This document shows, in pieces, positions 17,126-27,365 of a stretch of DNA of 64,000 nucleotides. This DNA comes from Lysobacterales bacterium (GTDB taxonomy: Bacteria > Pseudomonadota > Gammaproteobacteria > Xanthomonadales > SZUA-38). Every line of letters starts with the position of its first letter. Position 1 is the stretch's first letter. The stretch covers positions 135,752-199,751 of the forward strand of contig JBGCET010000002.1 of NCBI GenBank assembly GCA_045106555.1. Reading direction: 5' to 3'. The notes below the pieces were generated by a model. That model did not search any database, had not been told where the DNA came from, and saw only the letters and a program-made list of their open reading frames with translations. The translations under genes and the position numbers were made by a program.

Positions 17126-20100
17126 CAGTTCGCTCCTGCAAGTAATGGTTTGTAGCTGTCGGACAACGGTGAAGTGTCAATCTGCGGAAAGTGGGGCATC
17201 AGAAGTTCAGGGCGGTGAATACCAAACCCCTGTCCGAAGTCTGCACCCAGGTCTCGGACCACTGCCAAAATTTCATCATTTTCGACGAACTCAACAATGG
17301 TCTTGATATTCAGAGAGTGGGCAATATCAATAATGGATTTAACGAAAATCTGGTCCGTTCGGTCTTTGACGATGTCACGAATAAACATGCCGTCAATTTT
17401 TAGGTAGTCCACGTTCAGACGTTTCAGATAGCCGAAAGAGGAAAGGCCACTGCCGAAATCGTCCAGTGCCAGCGCACAGCCCATTTCTTTGAGCGCGCAG
17501 ATCAGTTTTGCGGCCTCACTGACGCTCCGGATCACAGCCGTTTCGGTAATCTCAAAATTCACCATGCCCGGGGGCAGTTGAGAGTTCTCCATCAGGCTCA
17601 GCAGAGCCTGGGAAAACTTTGCATCACCCACGCTTGCGCCGGACAGGTTAACCCAATACCGTCGACCTTCGGCGTGGAAAGATTCGTGAACAAACAGGGT
17701 TTTCAGCAAGTTGCTTACCACCCACTCGTCAAGCTTGATGCTCAGCCCGTAGCGTTCGGCTGCGGGCAAAAAAGCACCCGGAGGCACCAGTTTCTGGGAT
17801 TCGATGTCGCGCATCCTTAGCAGCACTTCCATCCGCTCAGGTTCATTGCCAGCGCCATGCAGAGGAACAATTTTCTGCCCGAAGAGAGCGAATCGGTTGT
17901 TGTCCATGGCATCGTGAAGGCGCTGTACCCAGCGCATCTCTCCACGGTGCGCACGGGCCAAGTCTTTTTCCCCCTGTACCAGGTGAACCTGGTTTCTCCC
18001 AGCTTCCTTCGCCGCGTAGCAGGCAGCATCTGCCAACTGTTGTAACTCGTTTACATCGCCGCGTCGGCGGTCGATAGGCACGCAGCCGATACTAACGCCG
18101 ATGCGGAAAACTTGGGACTCCCACGGAAACAGCAGTTCGTCGACAACCTTACGCACCCGCTCCGCCTGATCCAAAACCTCGTCGACGGTGCGGTTGATAG
18201 CCAGGACGCCAAACTCGTCTCCACCCAACCTGCCGACGGAATCTTCGCTACCTACACATCCTTCAATGACGTTCGCCACCTCGCACAAGAGTTGGTCGCC
18301 GGCGGCATGGCCGCAGGTGTCGTTGACGATTTTGAACTGGTCCAGGTCCATGAACATCAGGTAACTTTTTGTTTTCTTAGTCGGCGCCGAGGACCAAACA
18401 TCGTTTAGGCGTTTCTCAAACGAGCGGCGGTTGAGGAGGCCAGTTAGCTCATCAAAATTCGCCTGGTACTCCAGCAGCCGATTGCTTTCCTCAAGGCGCT
18501 GGCGGGCCTCGTCAATTGAGCGCGTGCGTTCGGCAACCTCTTCGCGCAAACGACGATTGACGCTGGCAATTTGCTGAGTTCTCAGCTGAACAACAACAAA
18601 CACCAAAAGCACCGACGTGAGCGCCGCCAGACCCAGGAACCAGGGTCGCTGCCAAATGGGCGGAAGAACGGAAAATGACTGAACAACCGGTTCACTCCAC
18701 GTATTGCCTGACAGCCTGGCGCGCACCTGAAAGGTGTAGTCTCCGGCACCCAGGCTGGAGTATTGCACGCTGCTGATTTCAGTGGCGGTCGAATATCCGG
18801 CGTCCAACCCAGCCAGCATGTAGGAATATTGAACCTTGTAGGGGTCCAGCAATGACACTGCGCGATAGCTGAATGTCAGGCCGCCGTCTTCGGGTATTAC
18901 CGGTTCACCGGCAAGCAGTGCTTCGGGGTCTGATCCAACGTGGGCCTGGATAATGGCAACAGTAAGGTCTGGCGTGGTGGGCACGGGCAATGACGGATTC
19001 ATTTTTGTAGCGCCTGCAACGGTGCCAAGCCACAGGTCGCCACTACGATCGACATACGTTGCGTGGACATTGGATTCAGTGGCGACGAACCCGTTCAGCG
19101 GATAATGACGATAGATGTGCCGATTGGCCAAATTGATTTGATAAAGCCCTTCATCGGCCCCTACCAGCAGGCTGCCGTTTTCCATCGGGTGAATCAGGTA
19201 GACATTCTGACTCGCCAGTGGTGAACCTTCGCCTATGTTTTGCACATTACCCTTGCGATATCGAAATATGCCCCCGCCGCCGGTGCTGACCCAGGCCGTG
19301 CCGGGTTCGGTGACAATAACTTGGCCAATAAACGGATTGATCAGGTCATCGCTGTTGGGCAACCGCTCATGACGCAGTTGGCCTTGGCCGCCCAGGGTGA
19401 TCTGAAAAATGCCCTGGTTGCTTACGCCAGCCCAGATCTCGTTCTCGCCACTCGCGGCAATGGTGTAGATGCTGCCGTTGGCTGGAAAACTGCTGCGCTG
19501 CAGTTCGCCGGAGACAGGGTCTATGCGCAAGACGCCCGAACTCAGTGTGGACATCCACAAAGCGCCGTCAGGGGTCTCGGTCAGGTCCAGCAACTGCAGA
19601 CCCTCGGTGCCGGAAACCCGTTCAATGGACTGAAGATCCGGAGTTATCCGATATAACCCCAGCCCGCGAACCGCAGCCCACACAGCGCCGTCTTGATCGG
19701 ATAATAGGTCTCTGACAGGGCCTTTGGGCAAGTTCAATTGCGCATTCATGACTGTCAATTCGCCCTGATGCATCATCAATAACGAATCATCGGTGCCAAA
19801 CCAATAACGTCCCGCGCGATCCTGGGTGATACTCCACACCAACCGACCATCTCGGGACTCGTTCAGACTGTAGTGGGTGAATCGAAAGCCAAGAAATCGA
19901 ATCAGTCCTTTTGACGACCCCAGCCAGACGACGTCTTCACGATCGACATAAATGGACTGGATGTCGCCGGTGGGAAGTTGTTGAGTTCTTCCTTCCGGGT
20001 CGATCAGCCGGTCACCGTCGATCTGCCAGAATCCGTAGCGACTACCGGGAGATATCAGTTTGGCCTGTCGGGATAGAGGAACTTTTTTGCCGTTACTGAT

Positions 20101-20847
20101 GCCCCCGTACCACCCACTGCCGTCAGTGGTTGCGTAGCCCACCTGGCCGTCCGCCGATTGTCCAATGGTTGTTATGGAAGTATCGGTGGGCTGGAAATCA
20201 AGCGGGGTATCCCGGCGGGCCGTCCAGAGTTCGTTGCCGCTTCTCAGATAAATGGATTTGCGATCCATGATCAGTTGCTCGGTGGTCGTTGGCAGGCCCT
20301 CCAACCGTTGCCAGCGTTGGGCTGTCTGAGTCGGTGTCAGTTGCCACACGCCATTACCCAGCGTTGAGACCAGCGCAGCATTTGGGCTTAGGTTAACGAT
20401 GCCGGTGATCTGAGAGGGCGGGCCGGGCGGGGGATTAATAACCAGCATGACGCGATTATTGTTGACGATGGTGACGCCACCGGTTGAATCACCCGCCCAG
20501 ACGCGATTATCGGGGTCGATGGAAAGCGCGGTTAGGTGATTGCGTCGCATGCCTTGCGCAATCGTGAGGCTGACAAATTTAGTCCCATCGAAGCGGTTGA
20601 GTCCGCGCAGGGTGGTCATCCACAAGTAACCGTTGTGGTCCTGGGCTAGCGCGCTGGCATCAGCTTGGGACATGCCGTCGGCGGTGGAATACACACGAAA
20701 GGGCGGCGTGGGCTCGGCGCTGGCCGCCGCTTCCGTAGAGCTCAAGGTCGTCAGACCGACCCAAAAAATCGTCAGCAAACCTAACCATTCGGGTGCCAGG
20801 CTGCGTCTCGATGGCCGAATGGTTCGAGCCAAAGCCCGAGGCTGCAA
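17125..20847 (-). CDS. Periplasmic beta-propeller/Y_Y_Y sensor fused to GGDEF and EAL domains (c-di-GMP turnover)
   Basis: About 700 aa of repeated propeller blades, then a TM helix and coiled coil. GGDEF (RLGGDEFGVL) and EAL motifs (EITETAVI, LDDFGSGLSSFGYLKRL, DYLKIDGMF). The start is a non-ATG codon and is uncertain. Confidence 0.9.
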   Translation of the reverse strand: MQPRALARTIRPSRRSLAPEWLGLLTIFWVGLTTLSSTEAAASAEPTPPFRVYSTADGMSQADASALAQDHNGYLWMTTLRGLNRFDGTKFVSLTIAQGMRRNHLTALSIDPDNRVWAGDSTGGVTIVNNNRVMLVINPPPGPPSQITGIVNLSPNAALVSTLGNGVWQLTPTQTAQRWQRLEGLPTTTEQLIMDRKSIYLRSGNELWTARRDTPLDFQPTDTSITTIGQSADGQVGYATTDGSGWYGGISNGKKVPLSRQAKLISPGSRYGFWQIDGDRLIDPEGRTQQLPTGDIQSIYVDREDVVWLGSSKGLIRFLGFRFTHYSLNESRDGRLVWSITQDRAGRYWFGTDDSLLMMHQGELTVMNAQLNLPKGPVRDLLSDQDGAVWAAVRGLGLYRITPDLQSIERVSGTEGLQLLDLTETPDGALWMSTLSSGVLRIDPVSGELQRSSFPANGSIYTIAASGENEIWAGVSNQGIFQITLGGQGQLRHERLPNSDDLINPFIGQVIVTEPGTAWVSTGGGGIFRYRKGNVQNIGEGSPLASQNVYLIHPMENGSLLVGADEGLYQINLANRHIYRHYPLNGFVATESNVHATYVDRSGDLWLGTVAGATKMNPSLPVPTTPDLTVAIIQAHVGSDPEALLAGEPVIPEDGGLTFSYRAVSLLDPYKVQYSYMLAGLDAGYSTATEISSVQYSSLGAGDYTFQVRARLSGNTWSEPVVQSFSVLPPIWQRPWFLGLAALTSVLLVFVVVQLRTQQIASVNRRLREEVAERTRSIDEARQRLEESNRLLEYQANFDELTGLLNRRSFEKRLNDVWSSAPTKKTKSYLMFMDLDQFKIVNDTCGHAAGDQLLCEVANVIEGCVGSEDSVGRLGGDEFGVLAINRTVDEVLDQAERVRKVVDELLFPWESQVFRIGVSIGCVPIDRRRGDVNELQQLADAACYAAKEAGRNQVHLVQGEKDLARAHRGEMRWVQRLHDAMDNNRFALFGQKIVPLHGAGNEPERMEVLLRMRDIESQKLVPPGAFLPAAERYGLSIKLDEWVVSNLLKTLFVHESFHAEGRRYWVNLSGASVGDAKFSQALLSLMENSQLPPGMVNFEITETAVIRSVSEAAKLICALKEMGCALALDDFGSGLSSFGYLKRLNVDYLKIDGMFIRDIVKDRTDQIFVKSIIDIAHSLNIKTIVEFVENDEILAVVRDLGADFGQGFGIHRPELLMPHFPQIDTSPLSDSYKPLLAGAN

Positions 20848-20968
20848 TGACGGTTGCGCGTCGATAGTGGTGTCCTGCTTAGTTAGTCAAGCAGTTCGTT
20901 ATCGGCCACGCGGGGCGTTTCCTTTACTGGTGGTAAGGTTGAAAGCCCGCGTTTTCAGGCTGCGCCAG

Positions 20969-21688
20969 TCACCACGGGATGGTACTGCCGTCGTAGGACA
21001 GGAATTGGCCGCTAGTCTCCAGGGTCATCTCGTCAATTCTCGCCATGATTCCATCAACGGCGTCGTCCACTTCGACGTGGGCCTGGGATCCACCCATGTC
21101 GGTTTTTGCGTATCCTGGGTGCAGCGGATTAACAATAATACCCCGGGTTTTCAGTGCCAGAGCCAGATTGCGCGCGGTCATATTGGCGGCTGCTTTTGAC
21201 GCGGCATAGCCAAACATCTGGCCATGAGCCCCAGCGATGGATCCCACCACGCTGGTAATTACCACAATCTTCTTTTCTTCTGATGCCGCCACATTGTCGA
21301 CCAGCGTTTCGACCATTTTCATCGGGCCAATCACATTCACGGCATAGGGCGCGACCCAGTCTGCGGGATAGTCGGAGTTGCCAAACACCTGGTCAGCAAA
21401 CCCTGTGGTTGCTGGCGGGTTTTTGCCAAATATGCCGGCGTTATTGATGAGGATGTCGATGGGAATGGCGCCCAGGCTCTTGCCAAGATTCTCGATGTCA
21501 TTCAGGCGCGAAACATCCAACGTGTGGATGCTGATTTTTGGGTTGGTTTTTGACAGAGCCTTCAGAGCCACAGCTTCTTCAGGGTTGCGGCAGCAGGCCA
21601 GCACTTGGGTGTGCGCCATGGCAGAGAAGCGCTGGGTCATGGCCAACCCGAATCCACGGTTAGCGCCCGTTATCAAAACTGTAGACAT
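20969..21688 (-). CDS. SDR-family oxidoreductase (CsgA/C-factor-like subgroup)
   Basis: VLITGANRGFGLA and YAASKAAANM (YxxxK). Confidence 0.85.
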   Translation of the reverse strand: MSTVLITGANRGFGLAMTQRFSAMAHTQVLACCRNPEEAVALKALSKTNPKISIHTLDVSRLNDIENLGKSLGAIPIDILINNAGIFGKNPPATTGFADQVFGNSDYPADWVAPYAVNVIGPMKMVETLVDNVAASEEKKIVVITSVVGSIAGAHGQMFGYAASKAAANMTARNLALALKTRGIIVNPLHPGYAKTDMGGSQAHVEVDDAVDGIMARIDEMTLETSGQFLSYDGSTIPW

Positions 21689-21751
21689 GGCTCGATTGTC
21701 CGATTGAAGTATTGAGAGGATAACAGGCGGCCCGTGGGCCTGATACCGATG

Positions 21752-23428
21752 CTATGGCGTTCCCAGGGAATGGAGCGAGGCGTGAGCATCTAACACTTGA
21801 CGCAGCCGGTTGGCGAGATCGTGCCGGGTATAAGGCTTGCGCAGCAGGGGAATGGTTTCGTTGTTAGCGTTAGGGCCGAAGTAGCCCGAGGTCATCAGGA
21901 CGGCAATGTTGGGATGTTGATCGCGTATCCACCCGGCCAAGTGATATCCGTCAGTATTGCCGGGCATCACCTGATCGGTAAACACGGCGGAAATCGAATC
22001 GTCGGCATCGATCATTCGTTGTGCTTCCCGCGCGTTGGTCGCCAAACTGACCCGGTAACCCAGTGACTGGAGCATTTTCTGGCAGATATTTAAGAGCCCA
22101 GGTTCATCATCAACCGCCAGAACATGTTCATGGCCGACAGCCATGGTGGCAGGCTCGGTTGATAGGGCTGGCTCTTCAGCTGTCGCCCGTGCGATTTTCG
22201 GAAGCGTAATTGAAACGCGGGTTCCTTCACCGGCGCGAGAACTGAGCTGGATTTCACCCCCTGCCGTCTCGACGAAGTTCTGCACCATCGCCAGCCCAAG
22301 TCCCGACCCATTACCAACGTCTTTGGTACTGAAAAATGGCTGCAGAGCTTGCTCAAGAACCGGTTCGGTCATGCCTTCGCCGTTGTCGTGAATATCCACA
22401 TGGATGGCTTCATTGTGGGCCCATCCCGCGCCCGAACAATGCACATGGATGTGGATCTTACCGCCTTGGGGTAGTGCGTCTCTGGCATTGACACACACGT
22501 TCAGAATGGCGCTATCAAATTGGGCAGGGTCGACGCTGGCCACCGCGGCCCGGCTGTCGTCGGACAATGACAGTTCAATGCCCTTCTTGGCGACGGCGCG
22601 CCGAATCAGCGGCAGGCTCTCAGCAATCTGGGTAGCCAGGGGAATGGGTCTGGGGTCCAGCAGGCGTTGTCCTGACATGGTCTGCAGGTTATTGATGAGG
22701 TCTGCTCCGCCCAGAGTTGCCTGGCGAATATCCTGAACCAGTTTTCGCGTTGACGCTTGCTGTTCCAAACTATCTTCCAACAAATCCAGGTTGCCCATGA
22801 TGACCGCCAGTAAATTATTGAAATCATGGGCTACGCTGCCGGTTAGCCTGCCCATCAGATCAAACTGTTGTTTGCGGCTTAACGCTTCGTGGTGGGCTTC
22901 CAGGCGTACCCGAATACCCATGGCCAGTATGGTGATGGCCAGCATGGCCAGTGGCGCTTTGTATAACAGGTCTTTAACAGAGTATTCAGCGCTTAACCGC
23001 GCCGGAACCGGCAGGTCGAAATGGTAGACCAGGGCGATGCCAACCAGCGCTGAAAAACATACCAGGCAATACACCGCGCCGGATTTTCGGCCGGTTAATA
23101 TGACGGCTAACGCAGGGATGAGCAAAGCCCAGATTAGCCCGCCCGATTCCCGCCCGCCAGTATAAAAACCCAACCCCAGGACACACAGCAGCGAGCTTGT
23201 CAGCAACAAGTGTTCGGCATGGCGAATTTTCCCGCCTCTTTTGACATAAATGGGCGTGATGATGCTGGCAACCAGCGGCAGCATTACAAACCACACAAAA
23301 TCGGGTCGCCCGTTCAGGATGCCAACCAGTGAACCCCAGGTGATTACTGCGATGATGGTCAGAGCGCTGAGAAGAAAATACCGGGCGCTTTCTTTGTTGG
23401 TCAGTCGATGACTGCTGTCTCGTCTCAT
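21752..23428 (-). CDS. Hybrid sensor histidine kinase/response regulator
   Basis: Polytopic N-terminus, H-box SVAHDFNNLLAVIMGNL, an ATPase domain, and a C-terminal receiver (HVLAVDDEPGLL, VFTDQVMPG, LRKPY). Confidence 0.85.
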   Translation of the reverse strand: MRRDSSHRLTNKESARYFLLSALTIIAVITWGSLVGILNGRPDFVWFVMLPLVASIITPIYVKRGGKIRHAEHLLLTSSLLCVLGLGFYTGGRESGGLIWALLIPALAVILTGRKSGAVYCLVCFSALVGIALVYHFDLPVPARLSAEYSVKDLLYKAPLAMLAITILAMGIRVRLEAHHEALSRKQQFDLMGRLTGSVAHDFNNLLAVIMGNLDLLEDSLEQQASTRKLVQDIRQATLGGADLINNLQTMSGQRLLDPRPIPLATQIAESLPLIRRAVAKKGIELSLSDDSRAAVASVDPAQFDSAILNVCVNARDALPQGGKIHIHVHCSGAGWAHNEAIHVDIHDNGEGMTEPVLEQALQPFFSTKDVGNGSGLGLAMVQNFVETAGGEIQLSSRAGEGTRVSITLPKIARATAEEPALSTEPATMAVGHEHVLAVDDEPGLLNICQKMLQSLGYRVSLATNAREAQRMIDADDSISAVFTDQVMPGNTDGYHLAGWIRDQHPNIAVLMTSGYFGPNANNETIPLLRKPYTRHDLANRLRQVLDAHASLHSLGTP

Positions 23429-23841
23429 GTGTCGTTACCCTTCAGCGTCAGTAGCCGCGCTGCTTGGCTTGCCAAAGGCAGGCCAACACCGGGATCGCGC
23501 GCCTTTTTGCTCGCGTCAAAGGCGCTTCCGCGAGTTAACGACATGTGGAATGGATCACTGGACATTACTCATACACGACGTTTGCCTCGTTGCGTTAGAA
23601 CAAGCGTAAGTCCCAGGCGGCTACTAACAAATATTACGACACTCCCCAGTGCAAAAATAAGCGTTTTACGATCAAAATAGAATAAGGACAAAATTCGACC
23701 TTTTCGTGACTCAACGATCTTTGTCTGAGTTTTCAGTCCGAAGGACCCTGAGTGCGTACAGAAATGGCCGGCGATTCTGGGCGAAAAATAGGGGGCAAGA
23801 TCCGCTAACGCTGGCTGATGCACTTGGCGTAAACTCCCGCC

Positions 23842-25053
23842 ATGTTGGCATTTCTTCAACGTAATTTCCGCTGGATTGCTGGCGGATTTGTTCTGACGTT
23901 TTTTTCCAGTTTTGGCCAAACCTACTTTATTTCGGCGTCTGTCGCGGAATGGCAGGAGGCCTTTTCTCTGAGTCAGGGGCAGTTCGGGCGCCTTTACATG
24001 CTGGCGACGCTGGCAAGCGCCTGCTGCTTGCCGTTTGTTGGTCGTCTGGTAGACGTGGTGGCACCTCAGGTCGCCATTGTGATTGTCATGCCGTTGTTGG
24101 CCCTCGCCACACTGATGGCGGGCTTGGCCAACTCCGTGTTGATGCTGACAATATCGATTTTCCTGTTACGGCTGCTCGGCCAGGGCATGATGACCCACAT
24201 TGCGCTAACTACCACAGGCCGATGGTTTGTGGCTGGCCGAGGCCGGGCGGTATCACTGGTTGTTCTGGGCCATCAGGCGGGCGAGGCCAGCATTCCTTTG
24301 CTCTTTGCCACCTTGGCGTTGGCGTTTGGCTACCAGTGGGGGTGGGTGGCCGCGTCGTTGGCTTTGGTTATTGTCGGCCTGCCACTGGGTTACTGGGCCT
24401 TCCTGCGGCCCCGCAGCCCCCAGGCATCCCATGCCGACGACCCAGGGTCCCGTTTGCCCGCGCGTAGCTGGACCCGAGGTGAGGTCTTGCGAGACCCGGT
24501 ATTCTGGATCCTGCTGCTGGGTGTGTTGGCGCCCGCGTTTATTGGAACCACGATTTTTTACCACCAGGATTACCTGACTACGGTCAATCAATGGCCGCCG
24601 CAGCTGTATGCCACCTCGCTGATCCCCATGGCCGCCACTACGGTGGTTATGGCGTTGATAGTGGGCGGAATCATCGATGCGGTAGGCGCGGTTCGAGTGC
24701 TGCCGTTGTTTCTGATGCCTCTGGCAGCCGCGTGTTTTGCCCTTTCGGTTGCGGGCCCTCAGTGGTCCTTGTTCCTGGTGATGATCTTGCTGGGAATCAG
24801 CTACGGCGTGTCCTCGACGCTCTTGGGGTCATTGTGGCCGGAAGTTTATGGGCCGGACAATCTGGGCGCCATTCGGTCGGTGATTGTGGCAGCCATGGTG
24901 CTCGCAACGGCGGCCGGGCCAGGAATTACCGGCACTTTGCTGGACTGGGGCGTTGCTCTGTCAACGCAAATGGTATGGCTGGGGGGATATTGCCTGATTG
25001 CCACCTTGGCCATGAGTGTGGCGTCCAGAAAGCTTACCCTCAGGCAGTTGTAG
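23842..25053 (+). CDS. MFS transporter
   Basis: 403 aa with about 12 hydrophobic segments. Confidence 0.8.
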   Translation: MLAFLQRNFRWIAGGFVLTFFSSFGQTYFISASVAEWQEAFSLSQGQFGRLYMLATLASACCLPFVGRLVDVVAPQVAIVIVMPLLALATLMAGLANSVLMLTISIFLLRLLGQGMMTHIALTTTGRWFVAGRGRAVSLVVLGHQAGEASIPLLFATLALAFGYQWGWVAASLALVIVGLPLGYWAFLRPRSPQASHADDPGSRLPARSWTRGEVLRDPVFWILLLGVLAPAFIGTTIFYHQDYLTTVNQWPPQLYATSLIPMAATTVVMALIVGGIIDAVGAVRVLPLFLMPLAAACFALSVAGPQWSLFLVMILLGISYGVSSTLLGSLWPEVYGPDNLGAIRSVIVAAMVLATAAGPGITGTLLDWGVALSTQMVWLGGYCLIATLAMSVASRKLTLRQL

Positions 25054-25066
25054 GTACCCTGACGGA

Positions 25067-26485
25067 TTAAGGGTCCAGCGCAATGCCTTTGCTGAAAACT
25101 CGATGAATATTGCGGGTATTGCTGATGTTCTCCAGCGGATTGCCGTTGAGCAACACCAAGTCCGCGCGAAAGCCCTCCTGAATAAGGCCCATCTCGCTTT
25201 CCAACGAAAAAAACTGCGCAGGTCGGGTTGTTGCACTTGCCAGCACTTCCAGGGCAGGTAGGCCCGCCTCCCTCAACAGCTCCAGTTCGCGGTGCAGGCT
25301 ATAGCCGGGAATAGCGAATCCAATGGGCGTATCGGTACCCGCCGCAAATGGCACCCCGGCGCGAAACATCTCGCCGGTTAAGAACATGGCGAATTTTGTG
25401 GCAGTGAGGTCTCTGACTCTGGGGTTGGCCCGCTGGAATTGAGCGTAAGTGTCCCATTCGCCGCGGATGGGCTGGGGCATCTGAGCCAAAGCCGACTGCC
25501 AATCGCCTCGGGTGTAGGGGGGCTGCAGACCGAACGCGTTCAGGCGCAGCGTTGGTGCCTGTAGGGTATTTCGCAGAGCGTTCATCGTCTCCAGGCATCG
25601 AGCGCGGTCATAGTTGCTTATGGCTTCGGCAATCTGTTCTCGCCGTACAGCGGTGCGAAGTTCAAACCCGCTGGCATCTCCGGCGCCGGCGACCATCTCT
25701 TTACGTCGATCAAGCAGGGCCTTCGCGTTAGATGCACAATCGAGTTCTATGTTGCGCAGGTGCTGAATACCATCCACCAAAGCTCCAGATACACGGGCCG
25801 ACATAACCAGCGGCACATGGGATTCAATCGGCAGCTTATGCTCTCGCGCGGCGTCGACCAAGGCGTGGAAAATTTCCGGCGTGACCAGCTCATAGATCTT
25901 GATGAAATCAGCGCCGCTGTCTTTCAAGTGTTTCACGATCTGGCGTGCCTGGTCTGCCGACGCCACGGGTGTGCCCAGTTCTTCTCGACCTACGCCGTCA
26001 TAAACCACTCTGGGTCCATCCAGCAATGGGCCGGAGAAAAACACTCGAGGTGCCCGCGTTCCCGGGGTTCTGAGGTGATTCACTACCGGCAGCAGTTTTT
26101 CCAGCGTGCCGCCGGTGTCGCGGACGCTGGTAATGCCAAACTTTAAAAACAGTTCGGGCATCGCGGCTGTCAGACCGTCGGTATAGGTCAGGTGAACATG
26201 AAAATCCCATAATCCGGGGATCAGAAACTTGCCATCACCATCAATACGCCGACTGACCGGTGGCAATGGATCATCCACTGACTGGACGTGGGTAATGGTA
26301 TCGCCACGGAAGACCACGTTCTGACGGTCTTTTTTGCCGTTGACAGGATCAATGGTCGTGACGTTGATGATAGCGACGGCGCGACTGTTACCCGTTGGGT
26401 TTCCGGCGCAGCCAGCAACAGTGATCAGCAGGCTTATCAGCACGATGCTTAGGAAACCAACGAGCGTACAGGGCCGGTGTGACAT
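25067..26485 (-). CDS. Metal-dependent amidohydrolase-family lipoprotein
   Basis: Lipobox ITVAGC, HxH metal motif LWDFHVHLTY, and GTDTPIGFAIPGYSLHRELELL. Start chosen at ATG 26485 (AGGGG Shine-Dalgarno sequence). The ORF is open to 26554. Confidence 0.8.
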   Translation of the reverse strand: MSHRPCTLVGFLSIVLISLLITVAGCAGNPTGNSRAVAIINVTTIDPVNGKKDRQNVVFRGDTITHVQSVDDPLPPVSRRIDGDGKFLIPGLWDFHVHLTYTDGLTAAMPELFLKFGITSVRDTGGTLEKLLPVVNHLRTPGTRAPRVFFSGPLLDGPRVVYDGVGREELGTPVASADQARQIVKHLKDSGADFIKIYELVTPEIFHALVDAAREHKLPIESHVPLVMSARVSGALVDGIQHLRNIELDCASNAKALLDRRKEMVAGAGDASGFELRTAVRREQIAEAISNYDRARCLETMNALRNTLQAPTLRLNAFGLQPPYTRGDWQSALAQMPQPIRGEWDTYAQFQRANPRVRDLTATKFAMFLTGEMFRAGVPFAAGTDTPIGFAIPGYSLHRELELLREAGLPALEVLASATTRPAQFFSLESEMGLIQEGFRADLVLLNGNPLENISNTRNIHRVFSKGIALDP

Positions 26486-26537
26486 AAACCCCTGAGGTGC
26501 AATCTCAGAGCAGGCACTCCCACCGCTTTTCAGCATG

Positions 26538-27365
26538 TCAGACCCCATCATCAAGAAAACTGCTTGTGCATTGCGCTATTTCCACCGCGGCTTCATCCAG
26601 CACCGCCTGAGTAATGTGGAGCTTTTCCACCAGTTCAGCGTTAGCCAGCAGTTTCGCCGCTCGGCGAGTGGGCTTAAGCAAGATCGATTGGGTGGCAATC
26701 AACAGACATCGAGCCGACAGTTCGGCTAGCTGGGCTTCCACGTCATGACTGAAGGCGGCATAAAATGCCGCATTCATGTTCCCCATGGGGCGGAGCTGTT
26801 CCACAAAAAGCTCAACGGCCCGATCCAGACCCAGGCTGTCCAGGCGATTGGTAACATTAAAGTCCCAGGCGGGAAGCAATGCATCGAGGGATCGGGGTAA
26901 GGGGTGGGGTATGACCAATTCTTTTTTGTATTGAGCTCGGGTTTCAGGTTCGAAAGCGGGTATATCGACCAGGACTACGTTGTTGACCTGGTCAGGTCGC
27001 AGCAACGCCATCTCGGCGGCCACCAGACAGCCTGTGTGGAATCCAAGAACATCAATCGGCTGGTTGGGTGACAGCGTGTCGGAAACGGCGATTGCGGCCA
27101 GGGCAAAATCGGTAATGCTGGGTTTGTCACTGGCGGGGTCGGAAGCGCCGAAACCCGGATAATCGGGTGCAACGACGCGACGCCCCGCTATCAGGTGAGG
27201 CGCCAGCGTGTTAAACGCGGCGCCGCTGTATGGCGAGGGGTGCAGGCAGTACAAATCAGAATGGTTTGTGGAACGCTGGCCCAGGCCCCAGCCATGCCAA
27301 TGCATCTGGCCGAAAGGCCCCGGGCAATAGCCGCGTTCAGACCGCTGCCGGGCATCGGCGTCCAT
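26538..27365 (-). CDS. Alpha/beta-hydrolase-fold protein, epoxide-hydrolase-like subgroup, with His at the nucleophile elbow
   Basis: LYCLHPSPYSG / VVAPDYPGFGASD / VLGFHTGCLVAAEMA read as the alpha/beta-fold core. The ATG overlaps the IclR stop by 1 nt. Confidence 0.75.
   Translation of the reverse strand: MDADARQRSERGYCPGPFGQMHWHGWGLGQRSTNHSDLYCLHPSPYSGAAFNTLAPHLIAGRRVVAPDYPGFGASDPASDKPSITDFALAAIAVSDTLSPNQPIDVLGFHTGCLVAAEMALLRPDQVNNVVLVDIPAFEPETRAQYKKELVIPHPLPRSLDALLPAWDFNVTNRLDSLGLDRAVELFVEQLRPMGNMNAAFYAAFSHDVEAQLAELSARCLLIATQSILLKPTRRAAKLLANAELVEKLHITQAVLDEAAVEIAQCTSSFLDDGV

Noticed and set aside
23569-23691. A possible 40-codon hydrophobic micro-ORF on the minus strand with a TTG start (MSLFYFDRKTLIFALGSVVIFVSSRLGLTLVLTQRGKRRV) in the 413-bp gap upstream of the MFS gene.
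   Set aside because: It has a non-ATG start, a weak Shine-Dalgarno sequence, and strongly AT-biased third positions unlike every confident gene here. It is more likely promoter or leader DNA. It is only worth revisiting if ribosome-profiling data exist.
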